Part shown: positions 26,581 to 38,375 of the stretch, piece by piece
Position numbering within the stretch: the first letter of the stretch is position 1
How the letters are laid out: each line of letters opens with the position of its first letter
NCBI GenBank assembly: GCA_041746135.1
Contig: JBGTHQ010000002.1
Location: 44,823-108,822 of the forward strand
Direction of reading: 5' to 3'
Length of the DNA stretch: 64,000 nucleotides
DNA from: Sphingomonadaceae bacterium
Lineage (GTDB): Bacteria; Pseudomonadota; Alphaproteobacteria; Sphingomonadales; Sphingomonadaceae
Translations under genes and position numbers: made by a program
Notes under the pieces: model-generated
Told to the model about the DNA's origin: nothing
The model's database searches: none
The model's input: the letters and a program-made list of their open reading frames with translations, nothing else

Positions 26581-26973
26581 TTAATCGTGATGCTCCACCT
26601 CGCCGCCGACGATGCTTGCCCAAGGCCATTTGCGGCGCTCATAAACCGAATAAACCGGATCCGGCAGCTCAGCTTCTTCGAACGCTCCTATCGGGACGGC
26701 AACAACATCGGGGAAGCTGTCAATTTGGTATGCGATCGTCGATCCGCAGTTCGGACAAAACTGATAGCTAAGTGTGCTCCCGCTATCGGCCTTTCGTGTG
26801 AACATGCGAAATTTGCCTGAGACGCTGACGCTAGCGGCTGCAAAACGCGCCTGCGCGGAAAACGCGCTTCCGGTCCGGCGCTGGCACTCGAGGCAGTGGC
26901 AAACCGATACGCGCACCGGATCGTCGGCGCATTCGGCCCGCAACCGTCCGCAGCGACAGGTTGCTACGCGCAT
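26581..26973 (-). CDS. GFA-family (glutathione-dependent formaldehyde-activating / CENP-V-like) zinc protein
   Basis: CRCGRLRAE...VCHCLECQRRTGSAF...FCPNCGSTI is the Cys pattern of the GFA fold. Confidence 0.85.
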   Translation of the reverse strand: MRVATCRCGRLRAECADDPVRVSVCHCLECQRRTGSAFSAQARFAAASVSVSGKFRMFTRKADSGSTLSYQFCPNCGSTIAYQIDSFPDVVAVPIGAFEEAELPDPVYSVYERRKWPWASIVGGEVEHHD

Positions 26974-27497
26974 GATACTTCGCCTTTCTGGTTCATATCT
27001 GTGGAGAGAAGCTTGCGAATATATCCCCCGAAATCGTCAGGCCACCGATCAACAAGCGCATAGAAAATCTCTTCCTGTGCCGAATAGAGCGCACGCAGCG
27101 CATCTTCATAGCCCAGCATGTCACCGCATGCGGCCTGCATGAACCGATAGGCCTTGTCGCGGCGTTCGCGCTGCGTCAGCCCCTCGGCACGGGCATTGTC
27201 GACAAGTCGCCGCAGCGCCGACGACGCGCCACCCGATTGCCGCGACAGCCATTCCCAATGTCGCGGAAGAAGCGTCACCTCGCGCGCCTGGACGCCGAGT
27301 TTGGGCCGACCCGCACTGCGCGGTGCTATATTCCGGTAATCGAGATCAATGATCGCGCCCGACAGGTCATCGAATACCAGGACAGTACCATCCTGCTCTG
27401 AGAGTCGATCCTTGAGTATCCTCGTCACTGCGTCGCGGTCACCGAAAGCGATCTGCTTTCCGCACAGAAATGCTGTAACACTGGACCCCATGCTCAT
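26964..27497 (-). CDS. DUF2239-family protein
   Basis: GRPKLGVQAREVTLLPRHWEWLSRQSGGASSALRRLVDNAR matches my memory of DUF2239 proteins. Confidence 0.6.
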   Translation of the reverse strand: MSMGSSVTAFLCGKQIAFGDRDAVTRILKDRLSEQDGTVLVFDDLSGAIIDLDYRNIAPRSAGRPKLGVQAREVTLLPRHWEWLSRQSGGASSALRRLVDNARAEGLTQRERRDKAYRFMQAACGDMLGYEDALRALYSAQEEIFYALVDRWPDDFGGYIRKLLSTDMNQKGEVSCA

Positions 27498-27785
27498 GCT
27501 CCTATGGTTGAAGCAGTCATATTACATCCGGGTAAAATAATGTCAATATTGTCCGGGTAATATTTTGCAGTCTGCTTTTGCTGTGCGCAATAAGCATAAA
27601 TCTGGACAAAACCAAACCGAAGATATGGACAAGCTCCGGGTTATTAAAAATCTCTTATGGTAAAATTTCCTATCCGCTTTCAAAGGATTAAACAGATATA
27701 ACCGATTGCGAAGATTAATTACCGCTTTCCACACGATACTGGACATTGATTGATTGACTCGGTTTGGCAGGGATCACGTATTTAA

Positions 27786-29282
27786 CTAAAGCTCGCTGCT
27801 CACGTCACTGGTTGCAAAGCCCCAGATGAGCTTGGCCCAGTTGCTCCACATATGCGCTTCGTGCATAGTAAAGCTCAGCAGTTGATCCAGTCCGTTCTGA
27901 TCATATAGTCTGCCTCCAAGCAATACCGCCCGAATGCGTCTGGTATGGGCGATATCCGCAAGTGGATTCCCGTCAAGGAGGACAAGATCGGCTGCCTTCC
28001 CGACCTTCACCGATCCATATCTCGATTCAAGGTTGGCATAGCGCGCGGCCTCTATCGTCGCCGATCGCAAGACTTCGGCCGGAGTCATTCCCGCCTGCAC
28101 AAGATGTTGCAGCTCGTCGTGATAGCGAAAGCCGCCGATTGCAGTATCGGTACCTACGAGGATCTTTACACCGCCCCGATGCGCCTCCCCCGTTCGTCGC
28201 AGACCAAGATCGAAATATCCTTGCAGCGCTACCTCACCGCGTTTCCCCGGATAACGGGAAGAAGTGGCGGATAGATCGTCATTAAATGCGAAGCGCGAGA
28301 GCGGATCGAGATAGTCCAGCCGGGGGTCGGTTACGAACGCCGGGTCCGCCGCACGAGCGTCTTCCTCGCGTGTCACATGCGTCGGGACCAGCCAGACGTC
28401 CGTTTCGCGCAATGTTTCGATCGCTTTGGCGCACACGCGCGCGTCTTGCTGACGCAAGCTCTTCTCCATAGCAGAGGTCGGGTTCAATTTGTCAAGCCTA
28501 CCTTCTCGCCAGCCGCGCGCGTCTTGCATACAATGGCGGATCAATATGTGGCCATGTTCAAAGCTGCGCTGTCCGGCGCTGATGGCTTCATCAAGAGAGA
28601 TCGCTTTCGGCAAATGCCCGACCAGCGGCTTGCCACTTTCCTGCGCCTGATTCGCCAGTGCGAAATACGTTTCCCGCGATAGCCGGTCGTAGACCTTGAT
28701 CGCGTCGATCCCGCGTGCACCATAGATGGCTGCTGTATCGACTGCCGACCTCGCGCTCATTTTCGGATCGTTAAAATAAAAACTGGCGACATTGACGAAG
28801 CGTGGGCTTGCCATCTGGCCTGCCGCTGCCGCCCTGGTCCAGCGGCGCTTGTCGCCAACACATGCAATCAGTGCATCGCTAGGCGACGGACAGTCCATCA
28901 TATCGCGGACCCCGGTAACACCATTGGCAACGAATAACGGCAGGTGCAGCTGGGGGGAAAGCTGGAAACTGTGCATATGCATATCCCAGAATCCAGGTAG
29001 AATATACGCACCTTTACCGTAGAACACTGCCTCGCCGGGTTGCGCTATCAAACTTGAATCAATCTGCGCGATCGTACCATCCACAATACGCACGCGTGTC
29101 GTATTGCCGACCGTCCCGACTTCAACATCGATGACGCGAACATCGACCAACAGCCGGTCATCAGGCCCTGTGGGCAACGGCGCAGAGTGTGTTGGCCAAA
29201 ATACGGCAGCGAAGAACAGGGCCAACAATGCGACAACGCTAGCGAGGAACCCCAAGACAAACTTACGAACCATAGTCATCAA
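27786..29282 (-). CDS. Secreted/membrane-anchored amidohydrolase-superfamily metallohydrolase
   Basis: N-terminal anchor. GFWDMHMHS (HxH metal motif), GTD, and C-terminal GKAADLVLLDGNPLADI. Confidence 0.85.
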   Translation of the reverse strand: MMTMVRKFVLGFLASVVALLALFFAAVFWPTHSAPLPTGPDDRLLVDVRVIDVEVGTVGNTTRVRIVDGTIAQIDSSLIAQPGEAVFYGKGAYILPGFWDMHMHSFQLSPQLHLPLFVANGVTGVRDMMDCPSPSDALIACVGDKRRWTRAAAAGQMASPRFVNVASFYFNDPKMSARSAVDTAAIYGARGIDAIKVYDRLSRETYFALANQAQESGKPLVGHLPKAISLDEAISAGQRSFEHGHILIRHCMQDARGWREGRLDKLNPTSAMEKSLRQQDARVCAKAIETLRETDVWLVPTHVTREEDARAADPAFVTDPRLDYLDPLSRFAFNDDLSATSSRYPGKRGEVALQGYFDLGLRRTGEAHRGGVKILVGTDTAIGGFRYHDELQHLVQAGMTPAEVLRSATIEAARYANLESRYGSVKVGKAADLVLLDGNPLADIAHTRRIRAVLLGGRLYDQNGLDQLLSFTMHEAHMWSNWAKLIWGFATSDVSSEL

Positions 29283-29516
29283 CCTCCTGTCGCACCAAAT
29301 TCGAGCCGCGCTTCATAGGTACAGTTTCTTACCGGGACTGTCATATTGGATCGCATTAGCCAACATGTTTGCAAGGATTGCCTCGGCAATTTCCTTTGGT
29401 ACCGTATAAGTACGAGTGGACCAATGCGTTGATATTTGAGAGGATGATTCATTCCGATATTGCATGCGCGCTGTAAGTTTGCGCATACATAATTTACAAT
29501 TGAAAGGATAATTTCT

Positions 29517-29762
29517 ATGCTGAAAGATGGCCCGCCACTTGGAAATGCCGAACTGGTGCAACTTCGCACGCGTATGATTGCGATGGAAAATACGGTCATC
29601 GCGATGTTGGCAAGCCACTCGGAGGATGCCCGCGCGAACGTGTTGAATCTATCCGAAATTATTCTCCCCGATGCCGATGCAACCCAGCACCAACTGACAA
29701 TCGACGCGTCAAACCTAATGAAACATTACGTAGAGCGCGCCGCCAAGATCGGTCAGTCTTAA
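29517..29762 (+). CDS. ELVQL-family small protein (paralogue 3; lacks the WENEGG part)
   Basis: GNAELVQLRTRMIAMENTVIAMLAS...ATQHQLTIDASNLMKHY aligns with the 11213-11614 product. Confidence 0.55.
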   Translation: MLKDGPPLGNAELVQLRTRMIAMENTVIAMLASHSEDARANVLNLSEIILPDADATQHQLTIDASNLMKHYVERAAKIGQS

Positions 29763-29844
29763 CATCAGATTGACTTCCGCCCTTCGCAGACAGTATTTAT
29801 CTTCATGTTAGCAAGCCTTTCCGCTTTCGATAGCAGAGTTGCCC

Positions 29845-30210
29845 TCATTTCTTTCGGATAGCTTTCACCTCTCCCCCGCTCTTGGCAATCTCAACGTCGA
29901 ACGTGATATCATCCCCGGGCTCTATGTCAGCCAGTAAAGCTGCATCCGCATCAAAGGTCATGGTCATGGCAGGCCACCCGGCTTCGGGAATCGGGGCATG
30001 GGCTATGGTCACTTTACCCGCGGCTTGATCGATCTGGGTGACGCTGCCGTCGCTCGTCGCCATAACAGGATGTTGAGCGCTTGCCACTTTGGCTTGCGAA
30101 CGCGCGCTGTCGGTATTTTGATTGCGATCTCGCAGTTCTTCTGCGTTATTTCCGCAGGCCGATAGTGCGGCCAGCGCGATCGCGCTCGTCAGTCTTGGCA
30201 AAATATTCAT
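29845..30210 (-). CDS. cusF: Periplasmic copper/silver-binding protein CusF-like
   Basis: Lipoprotein-like signal (LSACG). [24 protein letters not shown] motif. The start overlaps the cusA stop (ATGA). Confidence 0.8.
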   Translation of the reverse strand: MNILPRLTSAIALAALSACGNNAEELRDRNQNTDSARSQAKVASAQHPVMATSDGSVTQIDQAAGKVTIAHAPIPEAGWPAMTMTFDADAALLADIEPGDDITFDVEIAKSGGEVKAIRKK

Positions 30211-33200
30211 ATCGTTTCTCCTTCAAATTGGTTGTTGTCTTTCTTACGCAGTTCCCGTTGTCGAAGCAGCAGATAGGCCGCTGGTACAACGAACATGGAC
30301 AGAAGCGGAGCTGTAATCATCCCGCCCACCATCGGCGCCGCGATACGCCGCATGACTTCAGACCCGATGCCGGAACCGATCAATATCGGGAACAGACCCG
30401 CGAGAATGACCGCCACGGTCATGGCTTTGGGTCGGACCCGCAACAGCGCGCCTTCACGCACGGCTTGCATAATGTCGCCCGCAGTCGGTGCGTTCCCTTT
30501 TTCTTGCAAAGCCTGCTTCAGATAGATCAGCATGATGACACCGAATTCTGCCGAAACTCCCGCCAAGGCGGTAAAGCCGACGGCGGTCGCGATCGACTGG
30601 TTCACGCCCATAAAATAGAGCAGCCACAAACCACCTGTCAGGGCGAATGGCAATGTGGCCATAATGATGAGCGCTTCGTCAAACCGGCGAAATGTGAGAT
30701 AGAGGAGCAGGAATATGATCGCCAACGTTGCGGGAACGACGATCAAGAGCCGATCCTGCGCACGTTGCAGATATTCGAACTGCCCTGTAAAGGACACGCT
30801 GACGCCAGCTGGCAGGTCGACCTGTTCATCAATGGCGGTCTGCAAATCATCCACGACCGACACCAGATCACGGCCGCGAGAATCGATATATATCCATGTC
30901 GACGGACGACCGTTTTCAGACCGCAACATGGGCGGTCCGGCGCTGATGCCGATATCGGCTAGATCGCCTAGAGTAACCTGCTGCCCCGCCGGGGTCAGAA
31001 CCGGAAGCGTGCGAAGATCGCTCAAGCTATCCCTTATTTCTCGGGGGTAACGCACGTTGATCGGATAGCGCGCCAGTCCCTCCACCGTTTCGCCGATATT
31101 GCGGCCCCCAATGGCACTCGCGACGATCGACTGGACATCGGAAATATTCATGCCGTACCGCGCCGCCGCGAGGCGGTCGATGTCGACATCGATATACCGA
31201 CCGCCGGTCAGACGCTCGGCCAGCGCCGACGACACGCCCGGCACTTGCTTGGCCACCGCCTCCAGTTTCTGCGCCGTTGCATCAATGCTATCCAGGTCAT
31301 TGCCCGACACCTTGATTCCAATCGGGCTTTTGATGCCAGTGGCCAGCATTTCTATCCGGTTGCGGATCGGCGGTATCCAGAAATTGGTAATCCCCGGAAC
31401 CTGCACAGCCCTATCGAGTTCCTTCACCAGCTTGTCAGGCGTCATCCCGGCGCGCCATTCGCTGCGCGGCTTGAACTGGATGGTGGTTTCGAACATCGTC
31501 AGCGGCGCAGGATCGGTCGCGGTATCGGCCCGGCCTGCTTTGCCGAACACGGTTTCAACCTCGGGTACGGTTTTGATCATGCGGTTGGTTTGTTGCAATA
31601 GTTCCGAAGCCTTGGCGGGAGACAGTCCGGGCAATGTATTGGGCATATAAAGCAAGTCGCCCTCGTCCATTTGCGGCATGAATTCTCCGCCCAATTGGCT
31701 GACCGGCCAGGCGCTGGTCGCAAACACCAGCAACGCGATCACCAGAACTTTTTTCGGATATTTGAGCGACCAGTCCAAGGCGGGCTGGTAAATGCGGGTC
31801 AGAAAGCGGTTAACCGGATTGGCCTCTTCCGACGGTATTTTGCCGCGAATGAAATATCCCATCAAAACGGGGATCAAGGTCACCGATAATATCGCCGCCC
31901 CGGCCATCGCATAGGTTTTGGTAAAGGCAAGCGGAGCGAACAAGCGACCCTCCTGTCCTTCCAGCGTGAAAATCGGCAGGAACGAGAATGTGATGATCAG
32001 CAGGCTCAGGAATAACGCGGGCCCGACCTCGACGGACGAATCCACGATCAGTCGCCAATGTTCCTGCAGTGGTATCTTGTCGGCGTCGTGATCGCTTCGC
32101 CATCGCTCCAGATGCTTGTGCGCATTTTCGATCATAACGACCGCGGCGTCCACCATGGCGCCAATGGCAATGGCGATCCCGCCCAGCGACATGATGTTCG
32201 CGTTAATCCCCTGAAACCGCATGACCAGAAAAGCGAACAATATGCCGAGCGGTAATGTCAGCACCGCCACCAACGCTGATCTTATATGCCACAGGAAAAG
32301 CGCGCAGACGATGGCAACGACGATAAATTCTTCGATCAGTTTTTCTGTCAGGTTGTCGACCGCGCCGTCAATCAGTTCGGAGCGGTCATAGACCGTGACG
32401 ATTTCCACACCGGGCGGAAGGCTGGCCTTGAGCTCTGCCAGCCGGGTTTTGACCGCCGCTATCGTTTCGCGGGCATTTTTGCCCGAGCGCAGAATGATGA
32501 CCCCGCCCGCAACCTCGCCCTCCCCATTCAGTTCGGCTATACCGCGGCGTATTTCCGGGCCAAGCTGCACACGGGCAATATCGCCCAGCACCACGGGGAT
32601 ACCGCCCGCTTCGGTTTTGAGCGGAATAGACCGAAAATCGGACAGGTTTTGCAAATAGCCGCTCGCGCGAACGATATATTCGCGTTCAGCCAGTTCGACG
32701 ATCGACCCGCCGACTTCGGTATTGGCGGACTGAATCGCTTTAATGGCCGTGTCCTGATCGATCCCAAACGACACCATTCGGTCAGGATCAAGCACGATCT
32801 GATACTGTTTGACCATGCCGCCGATCGAGGCGACTTCGGCCACCCCCGGTACGGTTTGTAGCTCGTACCGCAAAAACCAGTCCTGAATACTGCGCAGATC
32901 GGATAAATCGTTCTGCCCCGTTCTATCGACCAGCGCATATTCATAGATCCAGCCCACCCCGGTCGCATCGGGTCCAAGTTCGGGCATTACGCCTTCGGGC
33001 AGATCCCCTTGAACGGAACTCAGATATTCGAGCACGCGCGAACGCGCCCAGTAGAGATCGGTGCCATCCTCGAACAATATATAGACATAGCTATCGCCGT
33101 TGAAAGAGTAGCCGCGCACGGCCCGGGCTCCGGGAACCGACAGCATGGTGGTCGCCAGCGGGTAGGTGACCTGATTCTCGACAATTTGCGGTGCCTGTCC

Positions 33201-33362
33201 AGGATAGGGTGTGCGGATGATCACCTGCACGTCGGACAGGTCGGGTAAGGCATCGACCGGTGTGGTGCGCACGGCCCATATGCCTGCCGCAAGCAAAGCG
33301 GCCATGATGAGCAGCACCAGTGCCCGCGCCTGAACGCTGGCGCGAATGACCTTACCGATCAT
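30207..33362 (-). CDS. cusA: Heavy-metal (Cu/Ag) efflux RND transporter, CusA/CzcA family
   Basis: 1051 aa with 12-TM RND layout and a typical HME-RND N-terminus [18 protein letters not shown]. It sits in an operon with CusB, CusC and CusF types. Confidence 0.93.
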   Translation of the reverse strand: MIGKVIRASVQARALVLLIMAALLAAGIWAVRTTPVDALPDLSDVQVIIRTPYPGQAPQIVENQVTYPLATTMLSVPGARAVRGYSFNGDSYVYILFEDGTDLYWARSRVLEYLSSVQGDLPEGVMPELGPDATGVGWIYEYALVDRTGQNDLSDLRSIQDWFLRYELQTVPGVAEVASIGGMVKQYQIVLDPDRMVSFGIDQDTAIKAIQSANTEVGGSIVELAEREYIVRASGYLQNLSDFRSIPLKTEAGGIPVVLGDIARVQLGPEIRRGIAELNGEGEVAGGVIILRSGKNARETIAAVKTRLAELKASLPPGVEIVTVYDRSELIDGAVDNLTEKLIEEFIVVAIVCALFLWHIRSALVAVLTLPLGILFAFLVMRFQGINANIMSLGGIAIAIGAMVDAAVVMIENAHKHLERWRSDHDADKIPLQEHWRLIVDSSVEVGPALFLSLLIITFSFLPIFTLEGQEGRLFAPLAFTKTYAMAGAAILSVTLIPVLMGYFIRGKIPSEEANPVNRFLTRIYQPALDWSLKYPKKVLVIALLVFATSAWPVSQLGGEFMPQMDEGDLLYMPNTLPGLSPAKASELLQQTNRMIKTVPEVETVFGKAGRADTATDPAPLTMFETTIQFKPRSEWRAGMTPDKLVKELDRAVQVPGITNFWIPPIRNRIEMLATGIKSPIGIKVSGNDLDSIDATAQKLEAVAKQVPGVSSALAERLTGGRYIDVDIDRLAAARYGMNISDVQSIVASAIGGRNIGETVEGLARYPINVRYPREIRDSLSDLRTLPVLTPAGQQVTLGDLADIGISAGPPMLRSENGRPSTWIYIDSRGRDLVSVVDDLQTAIDEQVDLPAGVSVSFTGQFEYLQRAQDRLLIVVPATLAIIFLLLYLTFRRFDEALIIMATLPFALTGGLWLLYFMGVNQSIATAVGFTALAGVSAEFGVIMLIYLKQALQEKGNAPTAGDIMQAVREGALLRVRPKAMTVAVILAGLFPILIGSGIGSEVMRRIAAPMVGGMITAPLLSMFVVPAAYLLLRQRELRKKDNNQFEGETI

Positions 33363-34846
33363 TGCGCTACCTGTGTGCGCTTGATGCTGGTGACGGTGAC
33401 GACGGAGCCAGACTTTTCAAAGGTGAAATCGACTGGATCGCCTTTTTTGAAGCCGCGCATCATAGCCGGTTTGGCGAGTTCGAAACTCATTGTCATGGCT
33501 GGCCATTTGATAGCTGGTACAGGACCGTGCGATAATATCACGGCGTCGCCCTTGATCGCCTCGATCTTGCCCGAAGCTTTATAACCCCCTGCCTTTGCCG
33601 GTCTGGCGGGCAACTCTCCTTGCAAAGGCCGCACATCGATGCCTGAAAGGCTGGCTTCGGAATCGACCAGGAACTGTCCCGATATTATCACATCCTCGCC
33701 CGGTGACAAACCCTGGAGAATCTCGGTCTGGCCTCCGCCTTCACGGCCGATTTTGACCTCGGCGGGTCTGTACCGGCCTTTGCCGCTGGCGAGCATCACC
33801 AGCGTTCTTTCGCCCGTCTCTATGATCGCCTCGCTGGGCACCAGGATCGCGGGATTGGTATTGGTTACCAGATCGACCGTCGCAAACATTCCGGGGCGAA
33901 GCTGGCCGCGCGGATTGGGGAGTTCGATCAGCGCGGTGAGCGTTCGGCTTTCGGTCTGCGCGGCAGGCAATATCGCCCGGACCTTGCCTGTAAACGTCTT
34001 GCCGGGAAAACTGGAAAGCTCGGCGATGGCGGTTTGTCCGGGCCGTACGTCCGCCACGCGCGCCTCCGGTACAGCGCCATAGAGCCAGACCGTCCCGAGC
34101 CCGTTTATTTGAGCAAGCGATTGGCCGGACGATAATGTCATACCCGGTCTGACGCTCAGCGTATCGATGGCACCGCTGACGGGCGATCGCACGGTGTAGA
34201 CCGTTTGTTGCCTGCCGGTCCGGGCAACCTGCCGTATCAACCCCTCGGGCATACCCAGAAGGCGCAACCTCTCGCGTGCGGCATTGGCAAACGCACTGTT
34301 TCCGCTTTTTGCCAACGCAAGATATTCGGCCTGCGCGCCGCCCCAATCGGGCACCAGAATATCGGCGATCGGTGCGCCTGCGGATATCACATCACCGGGT
34401 GCACGGCGATATGTGCGCTCGACAAAGCCTCCGGCACGCGCCTGTACAATGGCTATATCGCGCTCGTTATATTCGATCGTCCCCGTGATGTTCAGGCTGT
34501 TTTCGAGTGTGCCAACCCTGGCCTTGGCGGTGCGTATGCCAAGATTCTGGGCGATGCGCGGGTTGATCGAAATGCCCGGCGCAGCTTTGGAATCGTTCGC
34601 TTCATCTGCATATTTCGGCACCAATTGCATATCCATAAACGGCGATTTTCCCGGCTTGTCGAATTTCTGATCGGGAAACATCGGATCGTAATAATACAGT
34701 ACTTCGCCCTGACCATCAGCCATCTCCAGGGTGTCTTTGTCACCCGATCCGGTTGTGCCAAGCCAGTATCCCCCACCGGCCGCCAGTACAGCGGCAAGAA
34801 TTGCAAATGCGCCCCATCGCGCCTTTTCCGTAGCGGGAATCTTCAT
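33359..34846 (-). CDS. cusB: Efflux RND periplasmic adaptor (CusB-like) with fused C-terminal CusF-like domain
   Basis: [28 protein letters not shown]-terminal motif, an HlyD-type barrel-sandwich, and C-terminal [31 protein letters not shown]. Confidence 0.9.
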   Translation of the reverse strand: MKIPATEKARWGAFAILAAVLAAGGGYWLGTTGSGDKDTLEMADGQGEVLYYYDPMFPDQKFDKPGKSPFMDMQLVPKYADEANDSKAAPGISINPRIAQNLGIRTAKARVGTLENSLNITGTIEYNERDIAIVQARAGGFVERTYRRAPGDVISAGAPIADILVPDWGGAQAEYLALAKSGNSAFANAARERLRLLGMPEGLIRQVARTGRQQTVYTVRSPVSGAIDTLSVRPGMTLSSGQSLAQINGLGTVWLYGAVPEARVADVRPGQTAIAELSSFPGKTFTGKVRAILPAAQTESRTLTALIELPNPRGQLRPGMFATVDLVTNTNPAILVPSEAIIETGERTLVMLASGKGRYRPAEVKIGREGGGQTEILQGLSPGEDVIISGQFLVDSEASLSGIDVRPLQGELPARPAKAGGYKASGKIEAIKGDAVILSHGPVPAIKWPAMTMSFELAKPAMMRGFKKGDPVDFTFEKSGSVVTVTSIKRTQVAQ

Positions 34847-36135
34847 GGCATATTCCTGTCATAAGTAAATTTGATGCGAATCGTGTCGCGCACGAGTGAT
34901 GCTTCCCGGTCGAGAAGATCGATTTCAGCTTCTGCAAGCGCAATCACGGCATTCAGAGCCGTGCCAAGATCGACGCGGCCCGCACCGTAGCTGACCCTTT
35001 CCAGTTCCGCCTGTGTCTTGGTCAACGGGACCAGAATGTCTTTCGATCGATCCCAGTTTTCGCGAAGTGCGCGGTTGCCCGCTAGGTCACCGGAAAGCTG
35101 CGCAATCAGCTGCCGCTCCACATCCTGGGCCTCCAGCCGTGCCGCATTGGCTTCGAGTATGCGTGCATTGATCAGCGGATCCTGCCTTTTCTTTGAAAAT
35201 AACGGAAGATCGATAGTCACGCCAAGCGAAACATAGCTGCCATATTCCGGCCGCCGCTGGGTAAAGCTGGCATTGACCCCGAAATCGGGTCGCTTGTTCG
35301 CGCGCGCAAGATCGATATCGGATTCGGCGCGCTGTATTCGTGCTTGCTCCACTTCCAATATAGGGAGGGCATCAATTCCGCTTCTCAGTTCGGATGCTTC
35401 AAGAGAGATAAGCGGCGGCCGGCCGGATATTTGTGGATTTTCAAGCCCTGTCCATCGCGACAGAACTGCTTGCGCCTTTTCCAGTTCGGCTTGGAGCAAG
35501 CTGCGCCGGTCGGCAAGCCGTGCCTTTAATCGCTCCGGTTCGAACGCTTGAGACGGCCGTGTGGCGCCCGATGTGAGCCTGGCGGCGGAGGTCGCGGACA
35601 GATCGTCCAGGCTTTTCTGTAGTAAAGTCAGGATATCCAAACGCTGTTTGACATAATAGACATCCACCCACGCGAGCGCGGAATATAACCCGATATCCTG
35701 TATTTCCGCGGACTTTGCCGCACGCGCTATACCAATATCGCTTCGCGCCTGATTTACGCGGGCGCGGCGTTTCGCGGCATTGGGAAATTCCTGCGACACG
35801 CCGATCCTGCCGCGCGGGAACCCGTCGCGTCCGGGACGAAGAGACGGCTCGAATGGGCCCGCGACTCTCTGATCCAATAAATCAATGCTGAGTTTCGGGT
35901 CAGGCAACTGGTTGGCAGGTAAAAGTTTGCTTTCGGCAGCCTCTACCTGAAGCGATCGCGCTTCGATTGTCGGGGCAGTTTCAAGCGCACGCTCGATAGC
36001 TTCCTCAAAATCGATCGGTTCTGCAACAGCGGGAAACGCTGCAATCCCGAAGACAAGAGTGTAGACACATACAGTGTGAAACCGGATGTGGGAGTTTTTC
36101 AATGTGCGTTTTATAATCATCTTAACCGCTCGCAT
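34843..36135 (-). CDS. cusC: Outer-membrane efflux protein (TolC/CusC family)
   Basis: Two OEP-type coiled repeats. 4-nt overlap with cusB. The start may be the MIIKRT at 36120. Confidence 0.85.
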   Translation of the reverse strand: MRAVKMIIKRTLKNSHIRFHTVCVYTLVFGIAAFPAVAEPIDFEEAIERALETAPTIEARSLQVEAAESKLLPANQLPDPKLSIDLLDQRVAGPFEPSLRPGRDGFPRGRIGVSQEFPNAAKRRARVNQARSDIGIARAAKSAEIQDIGLYSALAWVDVYYVKQRLDILTLLQKSLDDLSATSAARLTSGATRPSQAFEPERLKARLADRRSLLQAELEKAQAVLSRWTGLENPQISGRPPLISLEASELRSGIDALPILEVEQARIQRAESDIDLARANKRPDFGVNASFTQRRPEYGSYVSLGVTIDLPLFSKKRQDPLINARILEANAARLEAQDVERQLIAQLSGDLAGNRALRENWDRSKDILVPLTKTQAELERVSYGAGRVDLGTALNAVIALAEAEIDLLDREASLVRDTIRIKFTYDRNMP

Positions 36136-36277
36136 GGTTGCAAGTTACAGATCAGGATCGAGTAGACGGATTTCGCCTAGCTGCTCGATCGTTGAGCTTG
36201 AGTGGCACGAGACATTATCTGGCTGTGCAGATAAGACTATGCAGCAAAAGGAGGTCAGAGCGCGAGGCTCTGGCCTG

Positions 36278-36646
36278 CTATGCGATGGACGGTTTGGGGG
36301 GTTTTATTTCCGGAATGGCTTTATGCTCCATCGGAGCATATTGGTGTCCGAAGACGTGGTCAGGCGAAACCATGGCGATCCTGTCCACCATTTGGCTGCG
36401 GAAACCCGCCGTGGCTGGCGAATATGTACACTGAAGCATCAGAGCACAGTCATCATCGCCGCAAGGTGCTTCCTTCTTGTTTTCATCATCCGAGCCAGAG
36501 GCTTTCATATCAGGACAATCAGACATGGCCCTAAAATCTGGCGCATCCGCTGCAATCGGCTGGCACGGTGCATTGGCCAAAGCCTGGCCGGAAAATCCGA
36601 TCAGAGCCAATCCCAATAGAAGCATATGGAGTATATTTCTCACCAC
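36278..36646 (-). CDS. Small secreted Cys/Met/His-containing protein upstream of cusC, hypothetical
   Basis: Signal peptide (..SGQALA), five Cys, and an acidic patch SGSDDENKKEAPCGDDDC. Confidence 0.5.
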   Translation of the reverse strand: MVRNILHMLLLGLALIGFSGQALANAPCQPIAADAPDFRAMSDCPDMKASGSDDENKKEAPCGDDDCALMLQCTYSPATAGFRSQMVDRIAMVSPDHVFGHQYAPMEHKAIPEIKPPKPSIA

Positions 36647-36884
36647 CCCTTAAGTATTCGACTTTTCTGCTATACCGTCAAGGTATATTAGCGGTCATTA
36701 CCGAAACAGGATTGCGAATACGGTTGACACAAAGAACATGGTTTCGGGATCGCTCGTATAAAGGATCAGACGTCCGCCGTGCCATTATGATGTTAAATAA
36801 CGAACCAATACGAACCGTCAATCATGTTTTGTCTTAAGGCAGGGCATCAGGATCAGAATCTATAGTCTGAGAGATAACAGGAGT

Positions 36885-38375
36885 TTGAACTTGCCCGAAA
36901 CTACAACAAACAGTCTTGCAAATTCCGACAGCCTTGGGACCCCAGAGAGAGGATATAGAAGCCACAATTATCGAAAATACATATTGGGGATGCTCCTTAC
37001 GGTTTACATCTTCAATTTCATAGACCGCACGATAATCAATATCTTAACCGAACCCATTAAAGAATCATTCGGCGTCGAAGATTGGCAAATGGGGCTACTG
37101 GGTGGCCCCGCTTTTGCAATCCTCTACACGTTTGTCGGCATTCCTGTTGCCCGTTTTTCAGAGAGACACCACCGTGTGTGGATCATTGCCGCTTCGGTGG
37201 CACTGTGGAGCCTCATGACTGCTTTATGTGGGTTTGCGACTAGTTTTATTGCGCTTTTTATTTTCCGTATCGGTGTAAGCATCGGCGAAGCAGGGTGCTC
37301 GCCGCCCGCCAATTCCATCATTGCAGATTATTTCGTCCCTTCAGAACGTTCCACAGCGGTTTCGGTCTATGCGCTGGGGATTCCTCTTGGCGGTATGGTG
37401 GCCTATGTCTTTGGCGGTTTTATTGTCGGCAGTCTTGATGGTGCTTCAATCGGCGCGTTGCTGACCAGTTGGAATTGGACATGGGCTGCGAATACATTTG
37501 ATTGGCAGAATATAGAAGGCTGGCGCGTGGCCTTTGTCGTTGTCGGAATTCCCGGCATCATTGTCGCAATACTCGTAAAAATGACGATCAAGGAACCTCC
37601 CCGCGGCTATACAGATCCGCCAGAGTTACAGAATAAAGAGCAAGTTAGCTTTCGTGAAGTATTGCAGATATTGACTGCCAAACCGTCCTACTGGCACGTC
37701 ACAATCGGGGTAACTATCGCATCGTTTGTCAATTACGGCGTGGGTCAGTTTTTCGTTTCCTTCCTGATCCGCACACATGAAATGTCGCTCTTCGATGCGT
37801 CGGTAAAAGTCGCGATGGTATTGGCCGTGATGGCCTCCATCGGCACGTTCATGTCCGGCTATCTGGCGGATAAATATGGGGGGCGTTTTCCCAAGGCGCT
37901 CGCCTGGATTCCGATGATTGCGTTGCTGGGTTCTACGCCAATGTTTATAATCGGCTATTTACTGGAATCCTTATGGCTGGCCATTCCGATTTTGATGATC
38001 GGCCAGATGCTGCTTTATACTTATCTTTGCCCGCTATATGCCGTACCAAGCGGTGTTGTGGATAGCCGTATGCGTGCCACTTCCGTAGCAATAACATTAT
38101 TTATTGTTAACCTGTTTGGCTATGGCCTGGGGCCACCGCTGATCGGCGGGCTCTCGACAATATTAAATTCAACATTTCTGTCCGGCATAGACCCAGGCCT
38201 AACGTTGGAAGCCTGCAAAGCGACAAATCTGGCAGCGACTGTTCAGGCCGTTTGCGATACAGCCAATGCAAGGGGGCTGCAATGGTCCATGATTATTTTC
38301 AAATGCCTCTACTTATGGGCGGTTGTTCACTTCTATTTGGCCAGCCGCACCATTCAGCGCGACATGGGCCGGTGA
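36885..38375 (+). CDS. MFS transporter (Spinster-like subgroup)
   Basis: 12-TM pattern. N-terminal LLTVYIFNFIDRTIINIL is typical of this MFS subgroup. TTG start. Confidence 0.85.
   Translation: MNLPETTTNSLANSDSLGTPERGYRSHNYRKYILGMLLTVYIFNFIDRTIINILTEPIKESFGVEDWQMGLLGGPAFAILYTFVGIPVARFSERHHRVWIIAASVALWSLMTALCGFATSFIALFIFRIGVSIGEAGCSPPANSIIADYFVPSERSTAVSVYALGIPLGGMVAYVFGGFIVGSLDGASIGALLTSWNWTWAANTFDWQNIEGWRVAFVVVGIPGIIVAILVKMTIKEPPRGYTDPPELQNKEQVSFREVLQILTAKPSYWHVTIGVTIASFVNYGVGQFFVSFLIRTHEMSLFDASVKVAMVLAVMASIGTFMSGYLADKYGGRFPKALAWIPMIALLGSTPMFIIGYLLESLWLAIPILMIGQMLLYTYLCPLYAVPSGVVDSRMRATSVAITLFIVNLFGYGLGPPLIGGLSTILNSTFLSGIDPGLTLEACKATNLAATVQAVCDTANARGLQWSMIIFKCLYLWAVVHFYLASRTIQRDMGR

Noticed and set aside
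30081-33279. Multiple plus-strand ORFs (up to 293 aa) across cusF and cusA
   Set aside because: They are antisense to an RND pump with a complete 1051-aa frame. The products are Arg/His/Asp-rich nonsense.
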